Below, in pieces: positions 10,080 to 20,010 of a stretch of DNA of 64,000 nucleotides. Source of the stretch: Kiritimatiellia bacterium (GTDB taxonomy: Bacteria; Verrucomicrobiota; Kiritimatiellia; RFP12; UBA1067); contig JBMNFY010000008.1 in NCBI GenBank assembly GCA_050949565.1, positions 160,001 to 224,000 on the forward strand, written 5' to 3'. Every line of letters begins with the position of its first letter. Position 1 is the first letter of the stretch. The position numbers and the translations under genes were made by a program. The notes beneath the pieces were generated by a model. That model searched no databases. It was not told the DNA's origin and saw only the letters and a list, made by a program, of their open reading frames with translations.

Positions 10080-10210
10080 TACACAGTCGGTTTTTTATTC
10101 AAAAAAGACCCAATAACAACTCATAACATGTTGTAAGTCTTTGATTATCAACAAGATAGAAGACGGAAAAACGAGGTGAAAAAAATAGTAAAAAAATTAA
10201 ATTATGCCTA

Positions 10211-10240
10211 TTGACAAAACAGGGGTGCATCACGTATTAT
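10211..10240 (+). promoter_or_regulatory. Strong sigma70 promoter with upstream A-tracts, no downstream CDS
   Basis: TTGACA (10211-10216), 18 nt, TATTAT (10235-10240); A-rich UP-like region at 10178-10200. Confidence 0.8.
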
Positions 10241-10246
10241 ACACCC

Positions 10247-10406
10247 CGTTCAAACGACCTCCCCCAGGTTGATGAACAGCGTAGCCAGCGCGACACATTC
10301 CCCCGTGATTGCGCATACAGGTTTCCCCCCTGTAAGGTTACGCAAAATTATATATGTCCTCCCTGGCGGCGGGTAAGAGCTTAAGCTTTTATCCGCCGTT
10401 TTTTTT
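10247..10406 (+). ncRNA. Candidate structured small RNA with three C-rich loop hairpins
   Basis: Own promoter and intrinsic terminator; hairpins at 10248-10277, 10288-10314 and 10316-10334, the last two closed by 10279-10286/10336-10343; G-U pairs only on the + strand. Confidence 0.75.
10367..10406 (+). terminator. Rho-independent terminator
   Basis: 14-bp stem CGGCGGGTAAGAGC/GCTTTTATCCGCCG, TTAA loop, then T8. Confidence 0.85.
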
Positions 10407-11301
10407 ACCGCCAACGCTTGTGCGCCCAGAGATACTGTTCGGGATAGCGGCGGATCACGGCTTCGAGACGCCGGTTGATCTCGGCAAGCAGATCGGCGAC
10501 GTCGCGCTCTTTATCGCCTGTCGGCGTGAAGCGGATCGGATCGTCCGTAACCATGCGGTAATGGAAGGCGCTATCGCGGATGAATGCGCCGGCCAAGATC
10601 GGGGCACCGGTCTTCAGGTGCAAGCGCGCAGGCGAGGTGTGCGTGGATGCGGGACGTCCCATAAAGTCAACGATCACACCCTGCTTTCTACCGGCGTGCT
10701 GATCCATCACCAGCGTCATCGCCGCGCCGGTCTCCTTCCACTGGCGCAGCACGCTGGGCGCAAACCCCTGCTTCTTGGGAATGATCGTGATCGCGCCGCG
10801 GAAGTGATGTTTTTTCAGGAAGCGCTCGACAAGGGGGTTGTTCATCTTGCGCGCCACGGCGATCATCGGACGGGTGAAGGAGATGATCGTCACAGCCGCC
10901 TCCCATACGCCGTGGTGGCCGGAGAGGATCATGACCGGCATATCCGGCCGCTCCAGCAACAACTCGAAGGTTTCGGCGGGACCGTCGAAGACGATGTGCT
11001 CGCGCCAATTCTCCGCCGTCACTACCTGTCCCACCTTGAGTGCCTCCATGAGGTGGCCGGCCAGATGGCCGAAGGCGCGACGCGCGATGCGGTCCGCCTC
11101 CGCCGGATCATCTGTGATGCTGGCGCACAGGATATTGTCCACTGCGATGCGGCGACGCTCACGGAACAGCGGATAGACAAGCGATGCCGCGCCAGCACCG
11201 AGGGCATAGGCGCGGCGCGCCGGCACCAGCCGATAGAGCAGCGAGGCCAGCCATAGGGCAAGGTACTCCAGAAACCAAAGAAGCTGACGAAAAACCTTCA
11301 T
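10405..11301 (-). CDS. Lipid A biosynthesis acyltransferase (LpxL/HtrB family)
   Basis: GHHGVWE (HxxxxE), LVMDQHAG, VDFMGRPA and YPEQYLWAHKRWR. Confidence 0.9.
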   Translation of the reverse strand: MKVFRQLLWFLEYLALWLASLLYRLVPARRAYALGAGAASLVYPLFRERRRIAVDNILCASITDDPAEADRIARRAFGHLAGHLMEALKVGQVVTAENWREHIVFDGPAETFELLLERPDMPVMILSGHHGVWEAAVTIISFTRPMIAVARKMNNPLVERFLKKHHFRGAITIIPKKQGFAPSVLRQWKETGAAMTLVMDQHAGRKQGVIVDFMGRPASTHTSPARLHLKTGAPILAGAFIRDSAFHYRMVTDDPIRFTPTGDKERDVADLLAEINRRLEAVIRRYPEQYLWAHKRWR

Positions 11302-11310
11302 GCGTCGAGA

Positions 11311-14300
11311 TTATTTGGAAAATTCTGCCGACAATTCGGCGACCAGCGGTTTCAGGCGACGCCGGATGTGATACGGCAACAGGTCTTCGTCATCCAGCAG
11401 GTCGGAGACCAGCATGGCCGCCTGATCCAGTTTCCTTTGGCGCATCAACAGATTGATCCAAGTCAAGCGCACGTCAAGATCATCCGGCAAGCTATCCATC
11501 ACAGGGGCCAGAGCACGTGATGCCTCGTCCAGCCGACCGGTCGCGATCAGTAGGCGGGCCAGAGTATGCAAGGTGAAGAGGCGCTGCCCGTCCATGTCCA
11601 GCGACCGGCGGAGGAATTTTTCCGCCTGCTCCATCTCGCCGCGTTCGAACAGCACCGCGCCGAGGCCCGCATACGCCGGCGCGTTGCGCTCCTTTTCAAG
11701 ACTGCGCTTGAAGAGGTCCTCGGCCAAGTCCAACTCGCCGCGACGCAGACGGACCGAGCCCCACAGGTAGTTGGCAAACGCGTGTTCCGGATTGAGGCGC
11801 AAGACCTCTTTGGCGTCCTCTTCAGAAAAGGCCGGCACATCAAGCACGTCGTCGAGGCGTAGCAGGTCTTCGCGCACTTGATGCAGATGGCGGTTCAGCG
11901 CCAACGCACGCAGGAAACTGCTACGCGCGAGCGGATAGTCCTGTGGACCGTTGTTCCTCAGGATGTAACCGCGCACCATGTGCATCAGATAGTGCTCGCG
12001 CTTGCTCGCCGCGCTACGGAGCGCGGGAAAGACGCGGCTCTCCAACTCCGGATATTCGCCGGCTTGCAGCAGGATTTCGGCCAGCAGGCCCCACAGGCGG
12101 ATGTCGCCCGGACGGGAGGGGATCACCTTGTTAAGGAGTTCGCGCGCCTCATCATTTTTGCCGTCCAAGATCAGCAGTGCCGCCTCGTGCCAGACCAACT
12201 CCTCTTCCGGCACCTTGTTCTCTTTGGCCAGATCCATCCAGAGGCCCGCTTCCGGCAGGTCGCGCCGTTCGATCGCGATACGTGCCTTGTTGATCAGCGC
12301 AAAGGAGTCGCGGTCATCCAAGTCCAGCAGCAGATTGAGATGGCGCTCGGCGTCATCAAACTCATTCGCGTCGATCTGCCGTGTGATAGTCTGGACCAGC
12401 TCGCGCTTCCTGTCGCGCATGGCAGTCATCGGGTCGGTCCGGAAGCCTTTAGCGGTTGCCCACTGATGCCGTTGCCCCGCCCCCCTATCCCAGATGTTTT
12501 TGCGGACATAACCCAGAACATCCTGATTGAGCAGTGTGCCGTCGCGTTCTTGCAGCGACGTAACAGTCAGCGCGAAGGTGTCCTCATTCCGCTGCATCAA
12601 GCGAAGTTGCGTTTCGATCTCGCCTTGCGCCTCCGTACCGCCCTCTTTGTTAGTAGCTAGCTCATAACGATTCAGGACCACACTGAGGTTGTCCGGCGCC
12701 CTGTTCGACACATGCTCCAGCAGTGCGGCGGCCTCCGCCACCCGTCCTTTCGCCACCAGCAGAACGGCCAGTTCATTCCCCATTCGGGCGATTTGACCGT
12801 TCAATCCTTTCCGCACATAGGCGTAGTACCGGATGGTATCGGGGGTCTTTGGGTTCACCAGCGGGGCCATCGCCTCACCAAACGCGTAATACTGGGTGAG
12901 CAACGCGGCCGTATCCACACCCGTATCGCGCGGTGCCCCGCTTAGGAAGAAACCGGTCGGCAGCGCCAGAAAACCATTGTCACGCCACAGTTCGGGCGAG
13001 TCAAAGAGCACGACCCGCTTAAAGGCGTTGGTGTCGTGCCTGAACCACTCGCGCAAAAATGCGGCGGTCGATAGGTCGGCGGCGTTGATCAACCGATAAC
13101 GGCTCGTTGCAAACGACGGATCTGTACGGAGCGCCGTTTCCAGATTCTGTTTAGATCTCGCGCCTTGCGCGTCGTCGGTTGCAAGAAAAGTCAACTGTCG
13201 ACCGTCACGATGTGCGCGCACCATGAGGTGGTGCTTCAGCAACCTCATGTTGACGATCCAGTCGCGCCCGTCCAACTCACGGTAGATCTCATCGATCACA
13301 CGGTCGGCGAACGTTCCTTCATCGGGATCGATATCGGAGTAACTAAAGAAGGGCACCAAAAGCGCCAGCGCCAGCAACGGCCAGCAGAGCACCGCACCGA
13401 TCCGGCAGACGAGTGGATTGTCACGGTATTCGTAATAGTCGAGCTCTTCTTCGATCTTCTCCTCAAAGATCTCCCGCATCAAGAACCAGGAGGCCACCAG
13501 CATACCGATAAACAATGCGATGATCACATGCTGGTAGACGGGGATTTTCGAAGTGAGGCGCGCGACCCCCCAGATCGAAGTGTCAAGGTGAACCCAGTTC
13601 AGCATCCGGCCCAGCCAGGTCATCTCCCCGTCAGCTCCGCGCGCAACACTCAGGTTGAGCAGGGTCGGCAACAATGGCACGACGAGCGCGAGTTGCGTCA
13701 AAAGAAGAAACGGAGTCCGACGCTTGAAGGCATGCGAAAAGATGAAGAAGGAGATTGAGGCCGGGAACAGGAATTGTACAAAGACGTAACTCCATCCGAA
13801 ACTGGGAATCCAGCGGATCAGTTCGCGCTTCATTGTCTCCAGAAACACCCGCAGAATCGGGCGCGGAGCCGGAACCGGAATGGCCGCGCACACCTCGGCT
13901 GTCTGCCACAACACATACAGCGCCAACAACAACCCAACAAATCCCGTCAACACCACAAAAAGCACCCTGTAGGTCGTGGCGTGTCCGTTCAGAATGATGC
14001 TGCGCAGGAGAATCACACCGCCGATCGGCATCAAAAGCAGAAAGATCGGCGACTCCACGCTACACGCGCCCAGCAGCAGCACACTTACGAAAAGTGAGAC
14101 TTGGTTACCTCGCTGGTCATAAGAGATGATCAGGTTGATGATGAGAAAAATCAGCAACAAGTCAAACGCATACGGATAGAGGCGAGTCGCAACCAACCAG
14201 AACGGCGCACAGAACGCCAGCACACTGGCCGCTCCCAACCCGCCCAGCACGGCGGCGTAGGCCACACGTCGATTGTGCGCCTGGACTGAAGCCGGGATGG

Positions 14301-14763
14301 AGAGCGTACCGTCGGCATTGGTCGCGAACCCGTCCTGACCGCGCAACGGGATGTCGGCGTCGTCTGCGTCATCATCCGTTCCGCGCAGGCGCGGCGGCAT
14401 CGCCGCCATCGCGCCACCGGGATTTTCACAGGCGAATATGAACACCAGCCGCGCTACCAACAGATAGAAGAGCGACACCGCCAAGCCGCCGCAAATCGCG
14501 CAAAACAGATTCAGCCGGGTCGGCAAGTCCGCAAAGCTCAACCCCGCCACCCAACGCGCGGCCAGTGCGAACAACGGATAGGCAAGGTCGTCCTGCGGAC
14601 ACAGTCCCGCCGCCGCCGTGGTCAATGTCGCGGAAACTCCCGGATAGACATGCGTAAACAGCGTCAAACGATATACGATCAGCGGCACTACCGCCGTGAA
14701 GGGGATAAAGAAGCGGATCAAACGCCACGGAGTCGAAAAAAATGTCCGGCGCAGAAAACCCAT
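11311..14763 (-). CDS. Polytopic membrane protein with a DUF2723/TMEM260-like N-terminus and C-terminal TPR repeats
   Basis: VYRLTL...YPLF...RLNLFCA pattern, about ten TM segments, then many TPR-like helical repeats. Confidence 0.7.
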   Translation of the reverse strand: MGFLRRTFFSTPWRLIRFFIPFTAVVPLIVYRLTLFTHVYPGVSATLTTAAAGLCPQDDLAYPLFALAARWVAGLSFADLPTRLNLFCAICGGLAVSLFYLLVARLVFIFACENPGGAMAAMPPRLRGTDDDADDADIPLRGQDGFATNADGTLSIPASVQAHNRRVAYAAVLGGLGAASVLAFCAPFWLVATRLYPYAFDLLLIFLIINLIISYDQRGNQVSLFVSVLLLGACSVESPIFLLLMPIGGVILLRSIILNGHATTYRVLFVVLTGFVGLLLALYVLWQTAEVCAAIPVPAPRPILRVFLETMKRELIRWIPSFGWSYVFVQFLFPASISFFIFSHAFKRRTPFLLLTQLALVVPLLPTLLNLSVARGADGEMTWLGRMLNWVHLDTSIWGVARLTSKIPVYQHVIIALFIGMLVASWFLMREIFEEKIEEELDYYEYRDNPLVCRIGAVLCWPLLALALLVPFFSYSDIDPDEGTFADRVIDEIYRELDGRDWIVNMRLLKHHLMVRAHRDGRQLTFLATDDAQGARSKQNLETALRTDPSFATSRYRLINAADLSTAAFLREWFRHDTNAFKRVVLFDSPELWRDNGFLALPTGFFLSGAPRDTGVDTAALLTQYYAFGEAMAPLVNPKTPDTIRYYAYVRKGLNGQIARMGNELAVLLVAKGRVAEAAALLEHVSNRAPDNLSVVLNRYELATNKEGGTEAQGEIETQLRLMQRNEDTFALTVTSLQERDGTLLNQDVLGYVRKNIWDRGAGQRHQWATAKGFRTDPMTAMRDRKRELVQTITRQIDANEFDDAERHLNLLLDLDDRDSFALINKARIAIERRDLPEAGLWMDLAKENKVPEEELVWHEAALLILDGKNDEARELLNKVIPSRPGDIRLWGLLAEILLQAGEYPELESRVFPALRSAASKREHYLMHMVRGYILRNNGPQDYPLARSSFLRALALNRHLHQVREDLLRLDDVLDVPAFSEEDAKEVLRLNPEHAFANYLWGSVRLRRGELDLAEDLFKRSLEKERNAPAYAGLGAVLFERGEMEQAEKFLRRSLDMDGQRLFTLHTLARLLIATGRLDEASRALAPVMDSLPDDLDVRLTWINLLMRQRKLDQAAMLVSDLLDDEDLLPYHIRRRLKPLVAELSAEFSK

Positions 14764-14777
14764 TGAGGCACCTCACT

Positions 14778-16952
14778 TTACTTTCGCGCACGGCGGCGCC
14801 AAGCGCGGTCGCCATAAACACCGGCCTTGGAGCTGTCGAACGGAATGAAGCCCGCAGCCAACGCGGGCGACTCCGGCCGCAAGCGGAAATCACGCGCGGC
14901 CGCATCCACAAACAGGGGATCAACCACCTGCCCGTCCGTATCGCGGCCCTCGGCCTGCCACTGCGCCAACGTTTTGCCGTTGAAATCGACCGGCCCGTTA
15001 GCGCACCACCACAAATTGCGCCGCCACTCAACACGCGCCTTCTCCGTGCCGCGGTAGCGCGGCGTCCCCAGCGCTTGACCGGGCTGCGCCCAATAGATGA
15101 TGTTCCCCTCGATCACGGCAGAGCGGTGCGGCTCGGCGCGCGTGATCGCCACCTGGTATTGGCGGCTGTATGCGAGGATGTTGTTGCGCACAATGTTGTC
15201 GCGTCCGTAATGCTGATGGAACGAGCTGTCCTTGGTGTCGTAGACGAGATTGTTTTCAAACACAATCCCCTCCGACCCTTCGTCAGGATACAAGCCCCAG
15301 CCGCCGTAGGTGTAGGAATCGACATTGAAGATCACGTTGTTACAAACCCGCGTGCCGAACGAAGTACCCAGCGTGTAGACGCCGCCCATGTCGCCCAGCG
15401 CACCCTGCCCGATGGTATGGATGCGGTTGTAGGCGATCAGATTGCGCTGCGCCACACTGCCCCGATAGCCCCACACCCAGCCGACTGACACGCCAGTGTA
15501 GTAGTGGTCGCCGATCTCATTGTGTGTGACGCGGTTGTCCGACGCATGGCCGATCCAGACCGCCGTAGCACTGGCGTGAAAGCGCCCGCCGTGCGTGATG
15601 ATGCAGTTGTCGATCTCGTTGAAGGCTGTGCTGTACGGGCCGAATGTCGTTACAACCGTATTGCTGGCGATGCTCGCTCCCTTGCCGCCCGGATCGCCGA
15701 TGCGGACGCCGCCCGCGCCGAGGTCCGTCAGCGCACAGCGGATCACGCGGTTACTGATGCACCCCGCGCGGAACCAGATGCCGTACTCGCCGGTGTGCGC
15801 CACGTCGCACGCTTCGAAGGTCACAGCGTGCGCGCCGTCGGCCATCACCGCAGCCTCGGTGCGCGCCGCAGCCTGCATGGGTTCGAACTGTGTGGGCCCC
15901 GGACGGTCAATTGCGCCGAGCACCTCGGGCGCGATCATAGCACCCCTGACCTGATCCGCACGGCGCGGCGAATCGGTGTAGTGAAAGGCGATTGAACGGA
16001 ACTGGACATGCCGCACAATCTGGGTGGTGGCGGGATCGCCCTGAATCGCGACCAGCGTCTGCAAGCCGGGATAAGGCGCGAAAACCTCGGCACCACGCCA
16101 ACGTCCGGGCAGGCGTTCGCCTTTGCGCGGCCGATAGAGGATCGTGCCCGCACAACCGTCATAAAACCACTCGCCCGGCGCATCAAAGGCCGATCGCACA
16201 TTCTCGACGTAATAAAGCGAATTGGTACGCCAAGGATTCCACGGCTTCCAGCGCCCGCCCTGCGTGCGCAGCGTGCCGCTGGCAGCATCGAAACCGAGGA
16301 TCATGCGGCGTGTCGTGTCCCAGTTGTGATGCACCACCACCTGCGCATAGCGCCAAGCCCCGGCGGGCTCTCCGGCCAGCAACGCCAGATCGCCACCACG
16401 GGCGGTCAGTTCCGCAACTGCATACTCCACTCGCGGCTGTTCGTTGGTGCGCATCGTTTGTTTGACCGCCTGCGGGGTCAAAAAGCCCTCGTTCGGATGA
16501 CGCGCACGCACCGCACGCTGGCCGTTGACATACAGGCTCTCGAAATAAGCGCGTGTGCCATCGGGAAGGTACGGAATCGGTGCCTCCCAGAGTCCCTCCT
16601 CCGTCACGCGCCAGCCTTCGATGCGCAGCGCGCCCATCACCCGTGTCGCGGTGCCCTCGCCCTGATAGATGACCGGCGCGCCTTCGCGCCCCGAATCTTC
16701 CGGCAGCAGCACGAACGGCTCGGAGAGCAGATAATCGCCCGCCGCCACCCGCACCGTCCATGCCTCATCGCACCCCGCCTGACGCGCGGCGCGGATCGCG
16801 TTACGCGCCTGAGTCAGTGACACAAACGGGCGGCTGCGCGAGCCATCGGCCACCGCATCCGTCAGCCGTCCCGACGGCGCCACGAAAAGCTCACCAGCAC
16901 TGACACCGCCTACGGTGCAGAGCAACAGTATTACCATCACGCCAATCCGCAT
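14778..16952 (-). CDS. Secreted right-handed parallel beta-helix protein (GH141-like or glycan-active)
   Basis: Signal peptide from ATG 16952; [23 protein letters not shown] and [10 protein letters not shown] motifs; Asn-ladder repeats. Confidence 0.8.
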   Translation of the reverse strand: MRIGVMVILLLCTVGGVSAGELFVAPSGRLTDAVADGSRSRPFVSLTQARNAIRAARQAGCDEAWTVRVAAGDYLLSEPFVLLPEDSGREGAPVIYQGEGTATRVMGALRIEGWRVTEEGLWEAPIPYLPDGTRAYFESLYVNGQRAVRARHPNEGFLTPQAVKQTMRTNEQPRVEYAVAELTARGGDLALLAGEPAGAWRYAQVVVHHNWDTTRRMILGFDAASGTLRTQGGRWKPWNPWRTNSLYYVENVRSAFDAPGEWFYDGCAGTILYRPRKGERLPGRWRGAEVFAPYPGLQTLVAIQGDPATTQIVRHVQFRSIAFHYTDSPRRADQVRGAMIAPEVLGAIDRPGPTQFEPMQAAARTEAAVMADGAHAVTFEACDVAHTGEYGIWFRAGCISNRVIRCALTDLGAGGVRIGDPGGKGASIASNTVVTTFGPYSTAFNEIDNCIITHGGRFHASATAVWIGHASDNRVTHNEIGDHYYTGVSVGWVWGYRGSVAQRNLIAYNRIHTIGQGALGDMGGVYTLGTSFGTRVCNNVIFNVDSYTYGGWGLYPDEGSEGIVFENNLVYDTKDSSFHQHYGRDNIVRNNILAYSRQYQVAITRAEPHRSAVIEGNIIYWAQPGQALGTPRYRGTEKARVEWRRNLWWCANGPVDFNGKTLAQWQAEGRDTDGQVVDPLFVDAAARDFRLRPESPALAAGFIPFDSSKAGVYGDRAWRRRARK

Positions 16953-16959
16953 ACACACC

Positions 16960-17790
16960 TCACCGCAACGCGGCCACATCGCACTTGTCCATGTCGTCAA
17001 ACTCTTGATTCTCGCCGCCCATTGCCCACACGAATGCGTAAGAGCCGGTGCCGGCGCCGCAATGCACCGACCACGCGGGCGAGAGCACCACCTGCTTTTC
17101 TTGCACCGCCACATGACGCGTCTCGTCCGGCTCGCCCAAGAAGTGCATCACAAGGCCGTTTTCAGGCAGATCGAAGTAGCAATAGACCTCCGTGCGGCGG
17201 GTATGCGTGTGCGGCGGAAACGAATTCCAAACACTGCCCTCATGAAGCTCCGTGAACCCCATCACCAACTGACAGCTCCTGATAAAGCCCGGACGGATGA
17301 ACTGGTGGATCGTGCGGCGGTTCGATTCCGCCAACGAGCCCAGCTCGATATGGTTGGCATCCTTGAGGGCCGCTTTGGTTGTGGGATAGTCGGTGTGGGC
17401 CGGATAGGACACCAGATAAAACTGCGCGGGAGCTGCCGGATTGTCGCTGGCGCAGAGAATACCGCGGCTACCGCGACGGATGTAGAGACACTCGCGGTTT
17501 CCCATGTCATGGGTCGTGCCATCGACCACGATACTGCCGGCACCGCCCAGGTTGATGATACCCACCTCCCGACGTTCACAAAAATACGCGCAGGCCATCT
17601 CGCGGCTGCCCTTGAGTTCCAGCGGCTCCTCCAAAGGCACAATCCCGCCGACCACCGCGCGATCCACGTTGGTATAGACCAGATTTGCCTTGCCTTGCTG
17701 AAAAAGGTTCTCAATCACAAAACGGTCCCGCAACTCCTGCGTGGTCATCCTGCGAATCGAAAACCGATCGGAAGTCTCGATCATGTGCAT
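16960..17790 (-). CDS. kduI: 5-dehydro-4-deoxy-D-glucuronate isomerase
   Basis: [55 protein letters not shown]. Confidence 0.95.
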   Translation of the reverse strand: MHMIETSDRFSIRRMTTQELRDRFVIENLFQQGKANLVYTNVDRAVVGGIVPLEEPLELKGSREMACAYFCERREVGIINLGGAGSIVVDGTTHDMGNRECLYIRRGSRGILCASDNPAAPAQFYLVSYPAHTDYPTTKAALKDANHIELGSLAESNRRTIHQFIRPGFIRSCQLVMGFTELHEGSVWNSFPPHTHTRRTEVYCYFDLPENGLVMHFLGEPDETRHVAVQEKQVVLSPAWSVHCGAGTGSYAFVWAMGGENQEFDDMDKCDVAALR

Positions 17791-17896
17791 ATACTCTCCT
17801 TACCGTCGCCAATGATTGAACGCCGTCATCGTATCAACATCCCGCCCATAAACCAAGAGAGAAGAATAACGAAAGACCTGAAACCCTAACTCCGTC

Positions 17897-17925
17897 TTGC
17901 GGGTTCGGTCTGATTAGCCTATAGT
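17897..17925 (+). promoter_or_regulatory. Sigma70-type promoter of MoxR operon 1
   Basis: TTGCGG-17 nt-TATAGT. Confidence 0.55.
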
Positions 17926-18012
17926 TTAAACCATCAGGGGGAATCATTCGGCAAGGGTACGCATGTCCGCGTGCCGGCCGGCCGAGGCCCCTTCACATAA
18001 AGGAGCCTTGTG

Positions 18013-19020
18013 ATGAACGTACCGACTCCCGAGAAGTTGGAACGAATTGCTGTCGCTTACGCCGCCATTAAGAGTGAGATCAGCAGGGTGATCGTCGGAC
18101 AGGATGCCGTGATTCATCAGATATTGACGGCGTTGCTCTCGCGCGGACACTGCCTACTGTTGGGCGTGCCGGGATTGGCCAAGACGTTGATCGTCCGCAG
18201 TCTAGGCGAGGCGTTGGACCTCAGTTTCAACCGCGTACAGTTCACCCCCGACCTCATGCCCTCCGATATCACCGGCACCGAGATCCTCGACGAGGAATCG
18301 GGCAGCACGCGCCGCTCGTTGCGCTTTGTGCCCGGTCCCATCTTCACTAACCTATTGCTGGCCGATGAAATCAACCGCACGCCGCCCAAGACACAGGCCG
18401 CGCTGCTCGAAGCGATGCAGGAGAACGTCGTCACTACCGGCGGCCGCTCCATCCCGCTCCCGCAGCCCTTCTTTGTGCTGGCCACTCAGAACCCGATTGA
18501 GCAGGAAGGCACCTACCCGTTGCCCGAAGCACAGCTCGACCGTTTTATGTTCCTGATCCGAATGGACTATCCGGAACGCGCCGAAGAGATGCAGATCCTC
18601 CGTCAGACAACGATAAACCGCGACATCAACCTAACGCGCCGGGTCGACGGCGCGACGCTGCTCGACTTGCAACGCTGTGTGCGCGACATCCCGGTCAGCG
18701 AGCATGTGCTGGGATACTGCATTGATCTGGTACGCAACACGCGTCCGGCGGAGGCCACGGCCCCCGACTTTGTGCGCGCCAACCTAGCCTACGGTGCCGG
18801 TCCGCGCGCGGGGCAGTACCTTGTCCTTGCAGCCAAGGCGACCGCCGCGCTCGAAGGCCGTCTCAACGTCTGCTGCGCTGACGTGCGACGTAACGCGCAC
18901 GCCGTGCTGGGCCACCGGATCGCCTGTAATTTCCACGCCACCGGCGAGGGCATCGACGCCACGCAGATCATCGATCGTCTGCTGCAGCACGTCCCCGAGC
19001 CCAACAGTGCCGGCGTGTAA
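18013..19020 (+). CDS. moxR: MoxR-family AAA+ ATPase (operon 1)
   Basis: [50 protein letters not shown]; AAGGAG upstream. Confidence 0.95.
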   Translation: MNVPTPEKLERIAVAYAAIKSEISRVIVGQDAVIHQILTALLSRGHCLLLGVPGLAKTLIVRSLGEALDLSFNRVQFTPDLMPSDITGTEILDEESGSTRRSLRFVPGPIFTNLLLADEINRTPPKTQAALLEAMQENVVTTGGRSIPLPQPFFVLATQNPIEQEGTYPLPEAQLDRFMFLIRMDYPERAEEMQILRQTTINRDINLTRRVDGATLLDLQRCVRDIPVSEHVLGYCIDLVRNTRPAEATAPDFVRANLAYGAGPRAGQYLVLAAKATAALEGRLNVCCADVRRNAHAVLGHRIACNFHATGEGIDATQIIDRLLQHVPEPNSAGV

Positions 19021-19032
19021 GCCGACGGAAGG

Positions 19033-20010
19033 ATGCGGATGAACATGTCCACCGCAGACAGACACGCCAATAATCGACAGGACCCACTGCGCCAGACCGG
19101 CGCTCAGGGCCTCCGTGCCGCGCACTCGTCCCGGCTGCTCTCGCCCCGCATGCTCGACAGCCTCAAAAACCTCGAACTGGTCGCCCGCGCCATGGTGGAG
19201 GGTTCCCTCACGGGCCTGCACCGCTCCCCCTACCACGGTTTCTCCTCCGAGTTTTCTGAATACCGTAAGTACTGCCCCGGCGATGCCGTCAAACATGTGG
19301 ACTGGGTGGCCTACGCCAAGACCGACCGCTACTATGTCAAACAGTACGAGGACGAAACCAACACGCGCGCCTACATCGTGCTCGACCGCTCGGGATCCAT
19401 GGCGCTGGGCGCAGCGAAGAACCACAAATTCAACTACGCCTGTTACCTCGCGGCGGCCTTTCTCTATCTCATGCAGCGCCAAAAGGATGCGGTCGGTTTG
19501 TTCACTTACACCGACCGCATCGAGTCCTATTACCCCGCCAAAACATCGCGGATGCACATGCTGAGTCTGTTGGCGCACCTCGAAAGCCTCGTCCCCACAG
19601 GCCGCTCACAGGCCGCTCCCTGCTTTCACCGTATCGCCGAAGAGGTCCACCGGCGTTCGATCGTGCTGATCTTTTCCGACTTTCTTGATCCAGATCCCGA
19701 TTTCATCGCGAGTCTGCGGCACTTCCAGCATAAAGGCTGCGAGGTGTTGCTGTTTCAAGTGTTGGACCCGCTAGAGACCACCTTCCCCTTTCGCGGCTTG
19801 ATCGAATTTCGCGATTTAGAAACCGGCGAGTGCATGGAGATCGAAAGCGAAGACTGCCGCCCCCTCTACTTGGAAGCGTTTAATCGCGCTCAGCAGAGCT
19901 TGCGCCGCAACAGTGCCCGCATGAACATGACGTTCGAAACCCTGAGCACCGGCACACCGTTCGACAGAGCGCTGCTCGCCTATTTTCACAAACGGGAACG
20001 ACTTTTCTGA
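19033..20010 (+). CDS. DUF58 domain protein
   Basis: GLHRSPYHGFSSEFSEYRKY.PGD, VDW..YAKTDRYYVKQYEDE, LDRSGSM; start may be 19045. Confidence 0.92.
   Translation: MRMNMSTADRHANNRQDPLRQTGAQGLRAAHSSRLLSPRMLDSLKNLELVARAMVEGSLTGLHRSPYHGFSSEFSEYRKYCPGDAVKHVDWVAYAKTDRYYVKQYEDETNTRAYIVLDRSGSMALGAAKNHKFNYACYLAAAFLYLMQRQKDAVGLFTYTDRIESYYPAKTSRMHMLSLLAHLESLVPTGRSQAAPCFHRIAEEVHRRSIVLIFSDFLDPDPDFIASLRHFQHKGCEVLLFQVLDPLETTFPFRGLIEFRDLETGECMEIESEDCRPLYLEAFNRAQQSLRRNSARMNMTFETLSTGTPFDRALLAYFHKRERLF

Noticed and set aside
10247-10406. 6S RNA, SRP RNA, tRNA or CsrB-type RNA
   Set aside because: No long rod with central bubble, no SRP loop, no T-loop or CCA; loops on the transcribed strand are C-rich rather than GGA
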